From: an uncultured Clostridiaceae bacterium
GTDB taxonomy: Bacteria; Bacillota; Clostridia; DUPQ01
NCBI GenBank assembly: GCA_964636935.1
Contig: CAZWVS010000001.1
Coordinates: 1-46,366, forward strand
DNA: 46,366 bases
Direction: 5' to 3'
The position numbers were made by a program, and so were the translations under genes. Within the stretch, counting starts at the first letter, position 1, and the number at the start of each line of letters is the position of its first letter. Below the pieces are notes generated by a model, which ran no database searches, was not told the origin of the DNA, and saw only the letters and a list, made by a program, of their open reading frames with translations. This document shows, in pieces, positions 1-8,046 of this stretch.

Positions 1-1131
1 AGCACAGGGGTAACCGCCGTTGTGTCAAAGTCGGTAGGCGCCGATGAGCCGGAGCGGTTGAAAAACCTTGTATTGGACAGCATACTGCTTGCTATGACTT
101 GTGCACTTCTGTTCATCGCCGTGGGGTTCGCCATACTAAAACCCGTGCTTGTCATCATGCAGGCAGAAGAGCATTTGATACCGATCATAATGCAATATAT
201 GAGAATATGGCTTCCCGGGCTTTTGTTTGTGGTGTTCCCCATGACCGGGAACGGCATTATCAGGGCTCTTGGAGACACAAAGACGCCCGGCATAGTGATG
301 CTGGTGGCGGCCGGAGCCAATGCGATACTGGATCCTTTGTTCATATTCGGCATCGGACCCTTCCCGGAGATGGGGGTTTCCGGAGCGGCATTGGCCACTT
401 TGATAGGCCGGTTCATAACCCTGACCGTCGCGTTATATGTATTGGTTAAAAGGGAAAAAGTCCTTGTTCTGAAAAAGCGGAACATACGGGATATGCTGAG
501 CCACTGGAAGGAAATACTGCACATAGGCATACCGGCGGGACTATCCAGGGTCATCATACCTTTGGGGACGGGCGTCATAACGGGAATGGTGGCGCTGCAC
601 GGGGTAGCCGCCGTCGCAGGATACGGGGTGGCGGCGAAGATGGAGAACTTCATCCTTCTGATAACCCTCGCCCTTGCCTCAGTAGTGGTCCCATATGCGG
701 GACAGAACCTGGGGGCGGGAAACCTTGAAAGGGTGAAAAAGATATTCAAATACTCAAACACTTTCACATTGATGCTGCAGACCGGTATTTATATATTGCT
801 GCTACCCTTCGCCCCGTTGGCGGCGCGTGTTTTCTCAAAGGATCCCGAAGTCATCAGGGTTGCCGCGCTTTACATAAGGCTGGTGGCTTTCGCATACGGG
901 TTCAAGGGGATGATACTTGTAGCGTCGGCAATGTTGAATGTGGTGAGAAGGCCTTTCACCGCGGCGTTTATAAACATTGCACAGATTTTCGCGCTGTTTG
1001 TGCCGCTTGCATATCTGGGAGACCTTCTTATAGGGATAGAAGGCATATTCCTGGCGTTTGCGCTGTCGCTTATACTTGCCGCGGTTTTTGCGAGGTCGAT
1101 TACTTTAAAACGGATAAATTCGATGATATAG
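1..1131 (+). CDS. MATE family efflux transporter, C-terminal ~376 aa (5' end lies outside the window)
   Basis: Frame 1 is open from base 1, with no stop before the GTG at 22. The protein is polytopic and Gly/Ala/Leu/Ile-rich with about 10 hydrophobic helices. It has MATE-like stretches ('PMTGNGIIRALGDTKTP', 'GVSGAALATLIGR', 'PYAGQNLGAGN'). Full-length MATE proteins are about 450 aa, so the N-terminus is missing. Confidence 0.8.
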   Translation, partial: STGVTAVVSKSVGADEPERLKNLVLDSILLAMTCALLFIAVGFAILKPVLVIMQAEEHLIPIIMQYMRIWLPGLLFVVFPMTGNGIIRALGDTKTPGIVMLVAAGANAILDPLFIFGIGPFPEMGVSGAALATLIGRFITLTVALYVLVKREKVLVLKKRNIRDMLSHWKEILHIGIPAGLSRVIIPLGTGVITGMVALHGVAAVAGYGVAAKMENFILLITLALASVVVPYAGQNLGAGNLERVKKIFKYSNTFTLMLQTGIYILLLPFAPLAARVFSKDPEVIRVAALYIRLVAFAYGFKGMILVASAMLNVVRRPFTAAFINIAQIFALFVPLAYLGDLLIGIEGIFLAFALSLILAAVFARSITLKRINSMI

Positions 1132-1155
1132 TTTTAAAGAAAGGATGGGGATACA

Positions 1156-1446
1156 GTGAAAAAAATCACAGAAGAGATCATTGCTTTCAGAGATGAAAGG
1201 GGATGGGGTAAATATCACACTTTGCGCAATCTCGCGGTATCGATATCAATAGAGGCTGCGGAGCTTTTGGAGAATTTCCAATGGGACGATGATTACGACC
1301 ATGAAAACGCATGCGATGAACTGGCGGATATAATGATATACGCAATATCCGCATGCAGTTCGCTGGGAGAGGATCCGGAGGACATGATAAGACGTAAACT
1401 GGTGAAAAACGCCGAAAAATATCCGGCAGGCGAAGGGAACAAATAG
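1156..1446 (+). CDS. MazG-like (all-alpha NTP pyrophosphohydrolase) small protein
   Basis: 96-aa helical ORF with a GTG start a few nt after the purine-rich AAAGGATGGGG. 'IEAAELLENFQW...DELADIMIY' matches the paired acidic metal-binding helices of the MazG/dCTPase-like fold. Confidence 0.7.
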   Translation: MKKITEEIIAFRDERGWGKYHTLRNLAVSISIEAAELLENFQWDDDYDHENACDELADIMIYAISACSSLGEDPEDMIRRKLVKNAEKYPAGEGNK

Positions 1447-1531
1447 CAGATGGCCCGGACGGGAAAGGGCATTGGAAATCCTGTCGTGTTATAATTGAAA
1501 AGCGGCAGGGATGTGAAAACCGGGGCGAAAA

Positions 1532-2161
1532 ATGAGCCGGGGAAATAACGGGACGGGAATTGAATTGATTACAAATCACGAATATGAACTCAAAATGATG
1601 CTTACCGAACCCGAGTACGAAAGGCTGCGCTCGATAGGGGACGGACCGGAGCACCTGCAGACAAACCACTATTTCGACACGCCTGATTTTATTCTGCTTA
1701 AGTCGCTTGTGGTAGTCAGGATAAGGCAGGTGAAAGACACATACGAGCTAACGGTGAAGCAAAAGAAGGGGGACACCTCTTCTCCCGGCGTGTCATCGGT
1801 AGACGAAACAACCTTTGAGCTTGATGAACATACAGCTGGCGAAATGCTTGTGGGAAAGCTGAAAATAGTCGAACATCTGGAGGGGTTTCCGGACCTTTCG
1901 GACATGGAGCTTGGTTGTGTGGGCAGCGTTGCCACATTGAGGAAGATATTGAAGCTTTCGGAGGATATGCCTGAAGCGGAGCTGGATAAAAGCACATATC
2001 TCGGGAAGACCGATTATGAAATCGAGTGGGAGATCGAATCCGCTCAGTACGACAGGGCGGGTTTCATATTAAGGAAGAACGGAATAAATGCCTCGGGCAG
2101 GGAGACCGGGAAATCCAAATACGGAAGGCTTATGGCCCGTTTATTGAAAGAGAGGTTTTGA
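1532..2161 (+). CDS. CYTH domain (triphosphate tunnel metalloenzyme family) protein
   Basis: N-terminal 'EYELKMML' is an ExExK-type signature. Alternating charged beta-strand motifs follow ('VVRIRQ', 'YELTVKQK', 'YEIEWEIE'), as is typical of CYTH tunnels. Length 209 aa. Confidence 0.65.
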   Translation: MSRGNNGTGIELITNHEYELKMMLTEPEYERLRSIGDGPEHLQTNHYFDTPDFILLKSLVVVRIRQVKDTYELTVKQKKGDTSSPGVSSVDETTFELDEHTAGEMLVGKLKIVEHLEGFPDLSDMELGCVGSVATLRKILKLSEDMPEAELDKSTYLGKTDYEIEWEIESAQYDRAGFILRKNGINASGRETGKSKYGRLMARLLKERF

Positions 2162-2368
2162 ATGCAGTGGTTTTTTTATGTGGTATTATTGTTCTCAGTG
2201 CTATATGTGGGCTATATTTTCTACATAAGCAAAAAGCAAAAAAAGAAATTGAGCGGCCCCAGATGTGAAAAATGCGGTTCGCCCATGGAACTGCAGACCA
2301 AAAGCGGCGATGAAGAAATCTGGGAGTGCCCTGTGTGCCGCAATAAGGGAGGGTCAAAACAAGAATGA
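2162..2368 (+). CDS. small membrane-anchored zinc-ribbon protein (hypothetical)
   Basis: The ATG immediately follows the CYTH stop (TGA 2159-2161). One N-terminal TM helix, a basic stretch, then CxxC...CxxC ('CEKCGSP...ECPVCRN'). Confidence 0.5.
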   Translation: MQWFFYVVLLFSVLYVGYIFYISKKQKKKLSGPRCEKCGSPMELQTKSGDEEIWECPVCRNKGGSKQE

Positions 2369-2895
2369 ATTACAGGAAACTTTTCTGGGGCTTCATATTC
2401 CTATTCGATTTCAGATTGGGCGGGTTCGACATACTGCCGGACATAATAGGATTCATATTGATTTTCATAGCCCTGAATGCAATGAAGGAACAAAACGGGC
2501 ATTACAGGCGGTCGTCGGTCCTGGCGCTGCCGCTCATTTTCATATCGATTTTTGATATTTACCAAAACCCCTCCGCCGAGGCCTCCTTGTTCGGAATCCT
2601 CATCGGCCTGATGGTGGGGGTTTTGAGCATTGTCATGGTATACGGCATATGTATGGGCATAATGGAGGAGGCCGCAAAAACAGGTGATGCGGATTTGGGA
2701 CATAAAGCCATGAGCAGATGGAAGATATACCTGGTCGCAAACATAATAGTCCTGGCCGCCATAATAATACCTGTGCTTGGCGCAGTGCTTTTCATCCCGG
2801 CTTTAATACTGGGAATAATATCGTATGTGCTCATGCTAATGCTTATGAAAAACGCAGAGGACAGCCTGGAAAACGAGGGTGTTCGGATATTATGA
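2365..2895 (+). CDS. hypothetical integral membrane protein (about 5 TM helices)
   Basis: 4-bp ATGA overlap with the preceding ORF. The hydrophobic helices are typical of a small polytopic membrane protein. The antisense ORFs are Cys/His/Arg-rich and implausible. Confidence 0.55.
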   Translation: MNYRKLFWGFIFLFDFRLGGFDILPDIIGFILIFIALNAMKEQNGHYRRSSVLALPLIFISIFDIYQNPSAEASLFGILIGLMVGVLSIVMVYGICMGIMEEAAKTGDADLGHKAMSRWKIYLVANIIVLAAIIIPVLGAVLFIPALILGIISYVLMLMLMKNAEDSLENEGVRIL

Positions 2896-2947
2896 CGACA
2901 GGCCGGCCCACCTTGCGGAACAAATGTTCGGGTGATATAATCAATTC

Positions 2948-5092
2948 ATGGATATTTGTGAAAAACTGCTCGAAAATTTAAATGAGCGGCAGGCTGAAGC
3001 GGTCCGCGCAACTGAAGGGTATGTGCGGGTTGTCGCAGGGGCGGGGTCGGGAAAGACAAGAACCCTTACACGCCGTTATGCGTATCTTGTTGAAGCTTTG
3101 GGGATAAGCCCGGCCAATCTTTTGTGCGTCACATTCACGAACAAGGCGGCAAATGAGATGAGAAACCGCGTCAGGGACCTGATATCGTCTGAAGATCCCA
3201 TCAGCCTCATATGCACATTCCACGGTTTTTGCGTTAAAGTCCTGCGTGAGGATATTAACAAGCTGAAGTATCCCAAAGGGTTCATGATAATAGACAACCA
3301 CGACCAGAAGGACATTTTAAGGGAAATATATGACGAGCTTGAAATCGATTCCAGAACCTTGACCTTCTCGAAATGCCTGGATGCCATCGCGGCAAAGAAA
3401 GACGACGGCAATTACATCAAACTGATGCTTTCTTCAGAAAAACTCAAGGACACGTCCAAAGACCTTCTAAGCAGAATTTTCATCAGATATCTGGCAAAGC
3501 AGAAAAAGAATTACGCCCTGGACTTTGACGACCTTATAAATTTTGCGCTTGATATATTAGACAACTATGGCGGGGTGCTTGAAAAATGGAGGGACAGGCT
3601 CCACTATATACAGGTGGACGAATTCCAGGACTGCGATTCAAAGCAGTTCAGGCTTGTTTCGCTTTTATCCGGAGGGAAGGGCAACCTTTTTGTAGTGGGG
3701 GATCCCGACCAGACCATATATGAATGGCGCGGGGCGAAGCCGGATTTGATAGTCGATTTCGAAAACCTTTTTCCGGGGGCGCAAACCATAATTCTCGACA
3801 GGAACTATCGTTCGACCCCGCAGATAATCCGTGCCGGGAACGATATCATAAGAAACAACAGCAACAGGGTTGAAAAAGAAATGTACACCCAAAACCCCGA
3901 CGGCCCCAAAGCGGTTCATTTCCACGGTGCCGATGAAAACGAGGAGACCGGATGGCTGGTCGCAAAAATCAGGCAGATTGCCGACGAGGGGGGGAGCTAT
4001 GACCAAATAGGCATATTGTACAGGGCCAATCACCTTTCAAGAGCCATAGAACAGGCGCTGATAAATGAAAAAATCGAGTATACGGTATACAGCGGAACCG
4101 GTTTTTTCGAGCGGAAGGAGATTAAGGACATCACGGCCTATCTTAGAATGGTCGTGTATGGGGACGACTTGTCGCTTGTTAGAACGGTCAACTTCCCGCC
4201 AAGGGGCTTTGGCAGAAAAAAGTTTGAATTCCTAAGGGAAAGGGCGGATGAAAAAAATGCGGGCCTGTATGAAACCTTAGTCGATCTTGCCGGGCATCCG
4301 GTGTTCAAGGCTAGCCGTGTGGGCGATTATATCGAACTCATTGAAAAAATCAGAAAAACCCATATGAAAAAAAGCATATCCGAAACAGCGGCGGAAATCC
4401 TCGGCGGGAGCGGGTTTTTAAAATACCACAGGCGTGACGGGGATGCCAACAGGCTTGACAACATCGCAGAGTTCATGACGTCCATGATCAATTATGAAAA
4501 AAACGCCGGCGAGCCGGTGGGGCTCGAAGAGTTTCTTCAGGATATTTCCCTCTATACAGATTTGGATACGGCCTCGGCGTCGGACAGTGTGAAGATGATG
4601 ACCATTCACGTCGCCAAGGGCCTTGAATTCGAATATGTTTTTTTATGCGGTATGACTGAAGGGATCTTCCCCAACGCCAGGGCGTTGAGGGAAAGACGAA
4701 AAAAAGCCCTTGAAGAGGAGAGGCGCCTTGCATATGTCGCTTTGACAAGGGCTAAGAAGCGGCTGTTCATTACGGAATCGGAAGGGGTGCTGCATAACGG
4801 CGCAGGCAAATACCCTTCGCGTTTCCTGCTTGAAATCCTCGAAGACAACCTGGCAAGGGAAGGCGAGATCGACTCCAAGCTATTGGAAAAGGCGAAAAGC
4901 GGGATAGCGGCATCCGATTTGAAGATGAACGAGGGATTGGAAAAAGACGACATTGTTTTGCATCCCGTCTGGGGTGAAGGGAAAGTGATTGAAACCGATT
5001 ATTCGAAGGGCGTATACTCCATCAGCTTTGAAAGTTTGAATTCCGTCCGGGAAATCAGGATGGAATATAAATACATTGTAAAGAAGAATTAG
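2948..5092 (+). CDS. UvrD/PcrA/Rep-family ATP-dependent DNA helicase (SF1A)
   Basis: Walker A 'AGAGSGKTRTL'; motif II 'VDEFQD'; motif III 'VVGDPDQTIYEWRGA'; 'LDRNYRS'; motif V 'MTIHVAKGLEFEYVF'; motif VI 'RLAYVALTRAKKRLF'. The C-terminal 'VLHPVWGEGKVI' resembles the UvrD/PcrA C-terminal Tudor-like domain. Confidence 0.9.
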   Translation: MDICEKLLENLNERQAEAVRATEGYVRVVAGAGSGKTRTLTRRYAYLVEALGISPANLLCVTFTNKAANEMRNRVRDLISSEDPISLICTFHGFCVKVLREDINKLKYPKGFMIIDNHDQKDILREIYDELEIDSRTLTFSKCLDAIAAKKDDGNYIKLMLSSEKLKDTSKDLLSRIFIRYLAKQKKNYALDFDDLINFALDILDNYGGVLEKWRDRLHYIQVDEFQDCDSKQFRLVSLLSGGKGNLFVVGDPDQTIYEWRGAKPDLIVDFENLFPGAQTIILDRNYRSTPQIIRAGNDIIRNNSNRVEKEMYTQNPDGPKAVHFHGADENEETGWLVAKIRQIADEGGSYDQIGILYRANHLSRAIEQALINEKIEYTVYSGTGFFERKEIKDITAYLRMVVYGDDLSLVRTVNFPPRGFGRKKFEFLRERADEKNAGLYETLVDLAGHPVFKASRVGDYIELIEKIRKTHMKKSISETAAEILGGSGFLKYHRRDGDANRLDNIAEFMTSMINYEKNAGEPVGLEEFLQDISLYTDLDTASASDSVKMMTIHVAKGLEFEYVFLCGMTEGIFPNARALRERRKKALEEERRLAYVALTRAKKRLFITESEGVLHNGAGKYPSRFLLEILEDNLAREGEIDSKLLEKAKSGIAASDLKMNEGLEKDDIVLHPVWGEGKVIETDYSKGVYSISFESLNSVREIRMEYKYIVKKN

Positions 5093-5198
5093 GCGCTGCA
5101 TACTGACCCTGCGGTTTGCGATTGTTGCCAAAGAGGCTTTATTGTAATAAAATAAAGGTGTCATCCGGTTCGGATGAAATAATACAGGAGGTGTCGAA

Positions 5199-5684
5199 AT
5201 GGCTGGTATGTTCAAGGATATCGGGAAAAAAATAGGTGACGCAGCAAAAAGTACTGCGAAAAAATCAGAAGAAATGATTGAAACAGGTAAAATCAAAAGC
5301 AAGATTAGAGAGAACGAAAACGAAATTGAAAAAATGAAAAAGGAAATCGGAGAAGTCGCTTATGCAAAATATAGTGAAGGTGACAAGATATTCGATGAGG
5401 CGGCTGTGATTTGTGAATCAATCAAGGCGGCTGAAGAGAAAATTGCCGAGCTTGAGGTTGAAATCTTAAGGCTTCGTCATGTAAGGGTCTGCCCTTCATG
5501 TCAGACGGAAGTCGAGGACACGGTTGCATTCTGTCCGAAATGCGGACACAAGTTTGAGCCCCTGCCTGAACCTGAAGAAGAAAAACCCGAGGAGGAAGCA
5601 CCGGAAAAGGTATGTCCTTCCTGTGGCGCGGAGGTTGAAGAAGGAGTCGCTTTCTGTCCTTCCTGCGGTGCGAAAGTGGAGTAG
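5199..5684 (+). CDS. coiled-coil protein with two tandem zinc-ribbon modules (hypothetical)
   Basis: Strong SD (CAGGAGGTG) 7 nt upstream. Lys/Glu-rich N-terminal helix. Duplicated 'CPSC..EVE(D/E)..AFCP.CG' modules are separated by a Pro/Glu linker. Confidence 0.6.
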   Translation: MAGMFKDIGKKIGDAAKSTAKKSEEMIETGKIKSKIRENENEIEKMKKEIGEVAYAKYSEGDKIFDEAAVICESIKAAEEKIAELEVEILRLRHVRVCPSCQTEVEDTVAFCPKCGHKFEPLPEPEEEKPEEEAPEKVCPSCGAEVEEGVAFCPSCGAKVE

Positions 5685-5687
5685 ATG

Positions 5688-5713
5688 AAAAACCCGGAGT
5701 TCCGGGTTTTTTT
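5688..5713 (+). terminator. rho-independent terminator
   Basis: Stem AACCCGG / CCGGGTT (5691-5697 / 5702-5708) followed by a T-run, 4 nt after the stop at 5684. Confidence 0.75.
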
Positions 5714-5849
5714 ATATGCGAAAAATGAATTTTCAAAAGAAAGCTTTTAAAGGCAAAAGAGGTTTTGTCTGTGTTTGTTCGTGTTAATTTAGCTTGAATT
5801 AATCATGGGTATATAATATTGTAATGTTAAACGAATCGGGAGGATTGAT

Positions 5850-6833
5850 ATGGAATACACAAAGCTTGGCAATACCGATATGGAAGTCTCGAAAATAACT
5901 CTTGGATGCTGGGCCATGGGCGCAGGCAAGGAATGGGGCGAAAGCCTTGAAGATAAAATTTATTCGGAGACCATAATGACCGCCATCGACGGAGGCGTCA
6001 ATTTCATTGACACTGCGGCAGCCTACGGAAGAGGCCACTCTGAAAAAGTGTTGGGCAGGACCATCAAGGATATAAGGGAAAAGCTTGTCATATCCACCAA
6101 ATGCTCAACACCCGGCCTTGTCAGGGGCAAGGCAAGGCAAAGCGTCGAAGAAAGCCTTGACAGGCTTGATACTGACTATATAGATGTGTTTTTCGTGCAT
6201 TGGCCAAACCCCGACATCCCTGTGGAAGAACCGATTGAAGAGCTCATGAAACTGAAAGGGGAAGGCAAAATAAGGGCCATAGGTGTTTCAAATTACACGG
6301 TGGGGCATCTTGAACGCGCATTGAAGGTTGGGGAAGTCGATGTCGTCCAGCCGTGCTACAGCCTTTATTGGCGGCATATAGAAAAGGATCTGATTCCTTA
6401 TTGCAGACAAAGGAACATCGGCATCATAACCTATAGTTCAATAGCCCAGGGACTGCTCACGGGCAAATTCACAAAAGACTGGGAATTTGATGAAACCGAC
6501 ATGAGAAGGAATACGATTCCGCTTTTCAAATCGCCGACATTCGAAATGGCAATTGAAACAACCGACGAAATTAAGAAGATAGGGGACAAATATGACAAGA
6601 CCCCTGTTCAGACGGCTATAAACTGGGTCATTAACAAGACCGGGATAACTTCGGCGATTGTGGGTGCCAAGACACCCGACCAGGTTGTGGAAAACCTGGG
6701 CGCGGCCGACTGGGAAATGTCTGAAGAGGATTATGAATACATAGGAGACATATCGATGAGGGTCGCAAAAACCGTCAGTAATTGGGACACGATGTATGAA
6801 AAGGACGACCATCGTCTTGTAATGAATGTGTGA
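5850..6833 (+). CDS. aldo/keto reductase family oxidoreductase
   Basis: 'LGCWAMG', 'IDTAAAYGRGHSEKVLG' (catalytic Asp/Tyr region), 'STKC' (Lys), 'DVFFVHWPN' (His), 'IRAIGVSNY'. 327 aa; SD GGGAGGA. Confidence 0.9.
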   Translation: MEYTKLGNTDMEVSKITLGCWAMGAGKEWGESLEDKIYSETIMTAIDGGVNFIDTAAAYGRGHSEKVLGRTIKDIREKLVISTKCSTPGLVRGKARQSVEESLDRLDTDYIDVFFVHWPNPDIPVEEPIEELMKLKGEGKIRAIGVSNYTVGHLERALKVGEVDVVQPCYSLYWRHIEKDLIPYCRQRNIGIITYSSIAQGLLTGKFTKDWEFDETDMRRNTIPLFKSPTFEMAIETTDEIKKIGDKYDKTPVQTAINWVINKTGITSAIVGAKTPDQVVENLGAADWEMSEEDYEYIGDISMRVAKTVSNWDTMYEKDDHRLVMNV

Positions 6834-6843
6834 GCGGACGTAG

Positions 6844-7755
6844 ATGAATCCTTCTGTTGTGTTTTATGAAGTATTGGTGCTGTTTATCATAATGGCAGCC
6901 GGTTTTGCAGCGGCAAAACTTAAAATAATCGGGGAAGTCACGCGTAAAAGCCTGTCTTCCTTTATTATAAACATTACGCTTCCCGCTGTTATTCTCATGT
7001 CTTCCCAGATTGAATTCACACAGGAGAAAATCACAAATTCATTCTGGCTTTTGGGCATGTCCGTTGTCATTTTTGCCGTTTCAATCATTTTGGCCGCCTT
7101 ATTATATAGGAAGGCGGGGCACGAAAAAGAAACCGTACTAAAATTTGCAACGGTTTTTTCAAATAGCGCCTATATGGGGTTCCCGGTGCTCGACGCGCTA
7201 ATGGGGGCGGAGGGAATTTTCTACGGTGCGGTTTTTTTAATACCGTTCAATATTTTCGTTTGGACATACGGGGTCCTGATTTTTAAAAAGCACAACAGCC
7301 TGAAACAGATGCTAAAGGACATAATGAGCCCGTCGATAATAGCTATGCTCATAGCATTTGTTTTCATCGGCTTTAAAATTGTAATACCTTATCCCCTGGA
7401 CAGGGGGTTGGATCTGATCGGCGGGCTTACAACCCCTCTTTCAATGGTTGTCATAGGGGCCACTCTCGCATCGGCTGATTTCAGGGATATTGTCTCGGAT
7501 AAATGGATATATGTAGTCTCTGCGGTGAGACTCCTGGTGCTGCCCGCCGTCTCCTATGGATTGTTCTTTTGGATGTCGCCCCCGGAGATGTCCATCAGGA
7601 TCCTTGTCCTGCTTGTAGGCATGCCCTGCGCGGCGGCTACGACCATATTCGCCCAGCAGTACGGGGGGAATGCGAAACTGGCATCGGGGATCGTCTCGTT
7701 TTCAACCCTTTTGTCCATATTGACGATACCTTTGCTTATTTTTCTCTTCCTATAA
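6844..7755 (+). CDS. AEC (auxin efflux carrier) family membrane transporter
   Basis: 303 aa with about 10 TM helices and a two-halves architecture with a central loop. 'FSNSAYMGFPV' and 'LLVGMPCAAATTIFAQQYGG' are typical of the membrane transport protein/AEC family. Confidence 0.8.
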   Translation: MNPSVVFYEVLVLFIIMAAGFAAAKLKIIGEVTRKSLSSFIINITLPAVILMSSQIEFTQEKITNSFWLLGMSVVIFAVSIILAALLYRKAGHEKETVLKFATVFSNSAYMGFPVLDALMGAEGIFYGAVFLIPFNIFVWTYGVLIFKKHNSLKQMLKDIMSPSIIAMLIAFVFIGFKIVIPYPLDRGLDLIGGLTTPLSMVVIGATLASADFRDIVSDKWIYVVSAVRLLVLPAVSYGLFFWMSPPEMSIRILVLLVGMPCAAATTIFAQQYGGNAKLASGIVSFSTLLSILTIPLLIFLFL

Positions 7756-7951
7756 ATAATCCGTAAATTGCAAAACAAGTTGCAACTTTGCAGGGGTTGA
7801 TGAAACTGGAGGGGGTATTGGAGATCCATTTATCATGCAATTTCATTCTGGAATTTCCTGCAGGACTAAATTCCGGTTGGAACCCCCTACTCTGGAATTT
7901 ACTTTTGCAATTTACTTCTATAAAAAAGCTGTTCACAAACAATTCAGATAC

Positions 7952-7980
7952 TTTAAAAAGCATATCGGTAGTGATATAAT
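7952..7980 (+). promoter_or_regulatory. candidate sigma-A promoter of the giant lipoprotein gene (extended -10)
   Basis: TGATATAAT at 7972-7980 (TGn + TATAAT). Weak -35 TTTAAA at 7952-7957 with a 17-bp spacer. About 65 nt upstream of the ATG at 8047. Confidence 0.5.
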
Positions 7981-8046
7981 AATCCATATATTGCATTTCA
8001 ACAAAGTTCTTCGCAAAAAAGGGGAATTCGATACGGGGGTATTGTC

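Noticed and set aside
99-449. 116-aa + strand ORF in an alternative frame within the MATE gene
   Set aside because: It is Arg/His/Gly-rich out-of-frame product, and the MATE frame is continuous and hydrophobic throughout.
7848-7913. Sigma-54 (-24/-12) promoter upstream of the giant gene (CTGGAATTTACTTTTGCA)
   Set aside because: GG-to-GC spacing is 13 nt here and 10 nt in the other copy, instead of the invariant 12. The -24 element is TGGAAT rather than TGGCAC. No enhancer-binding protein gene lies nearby.
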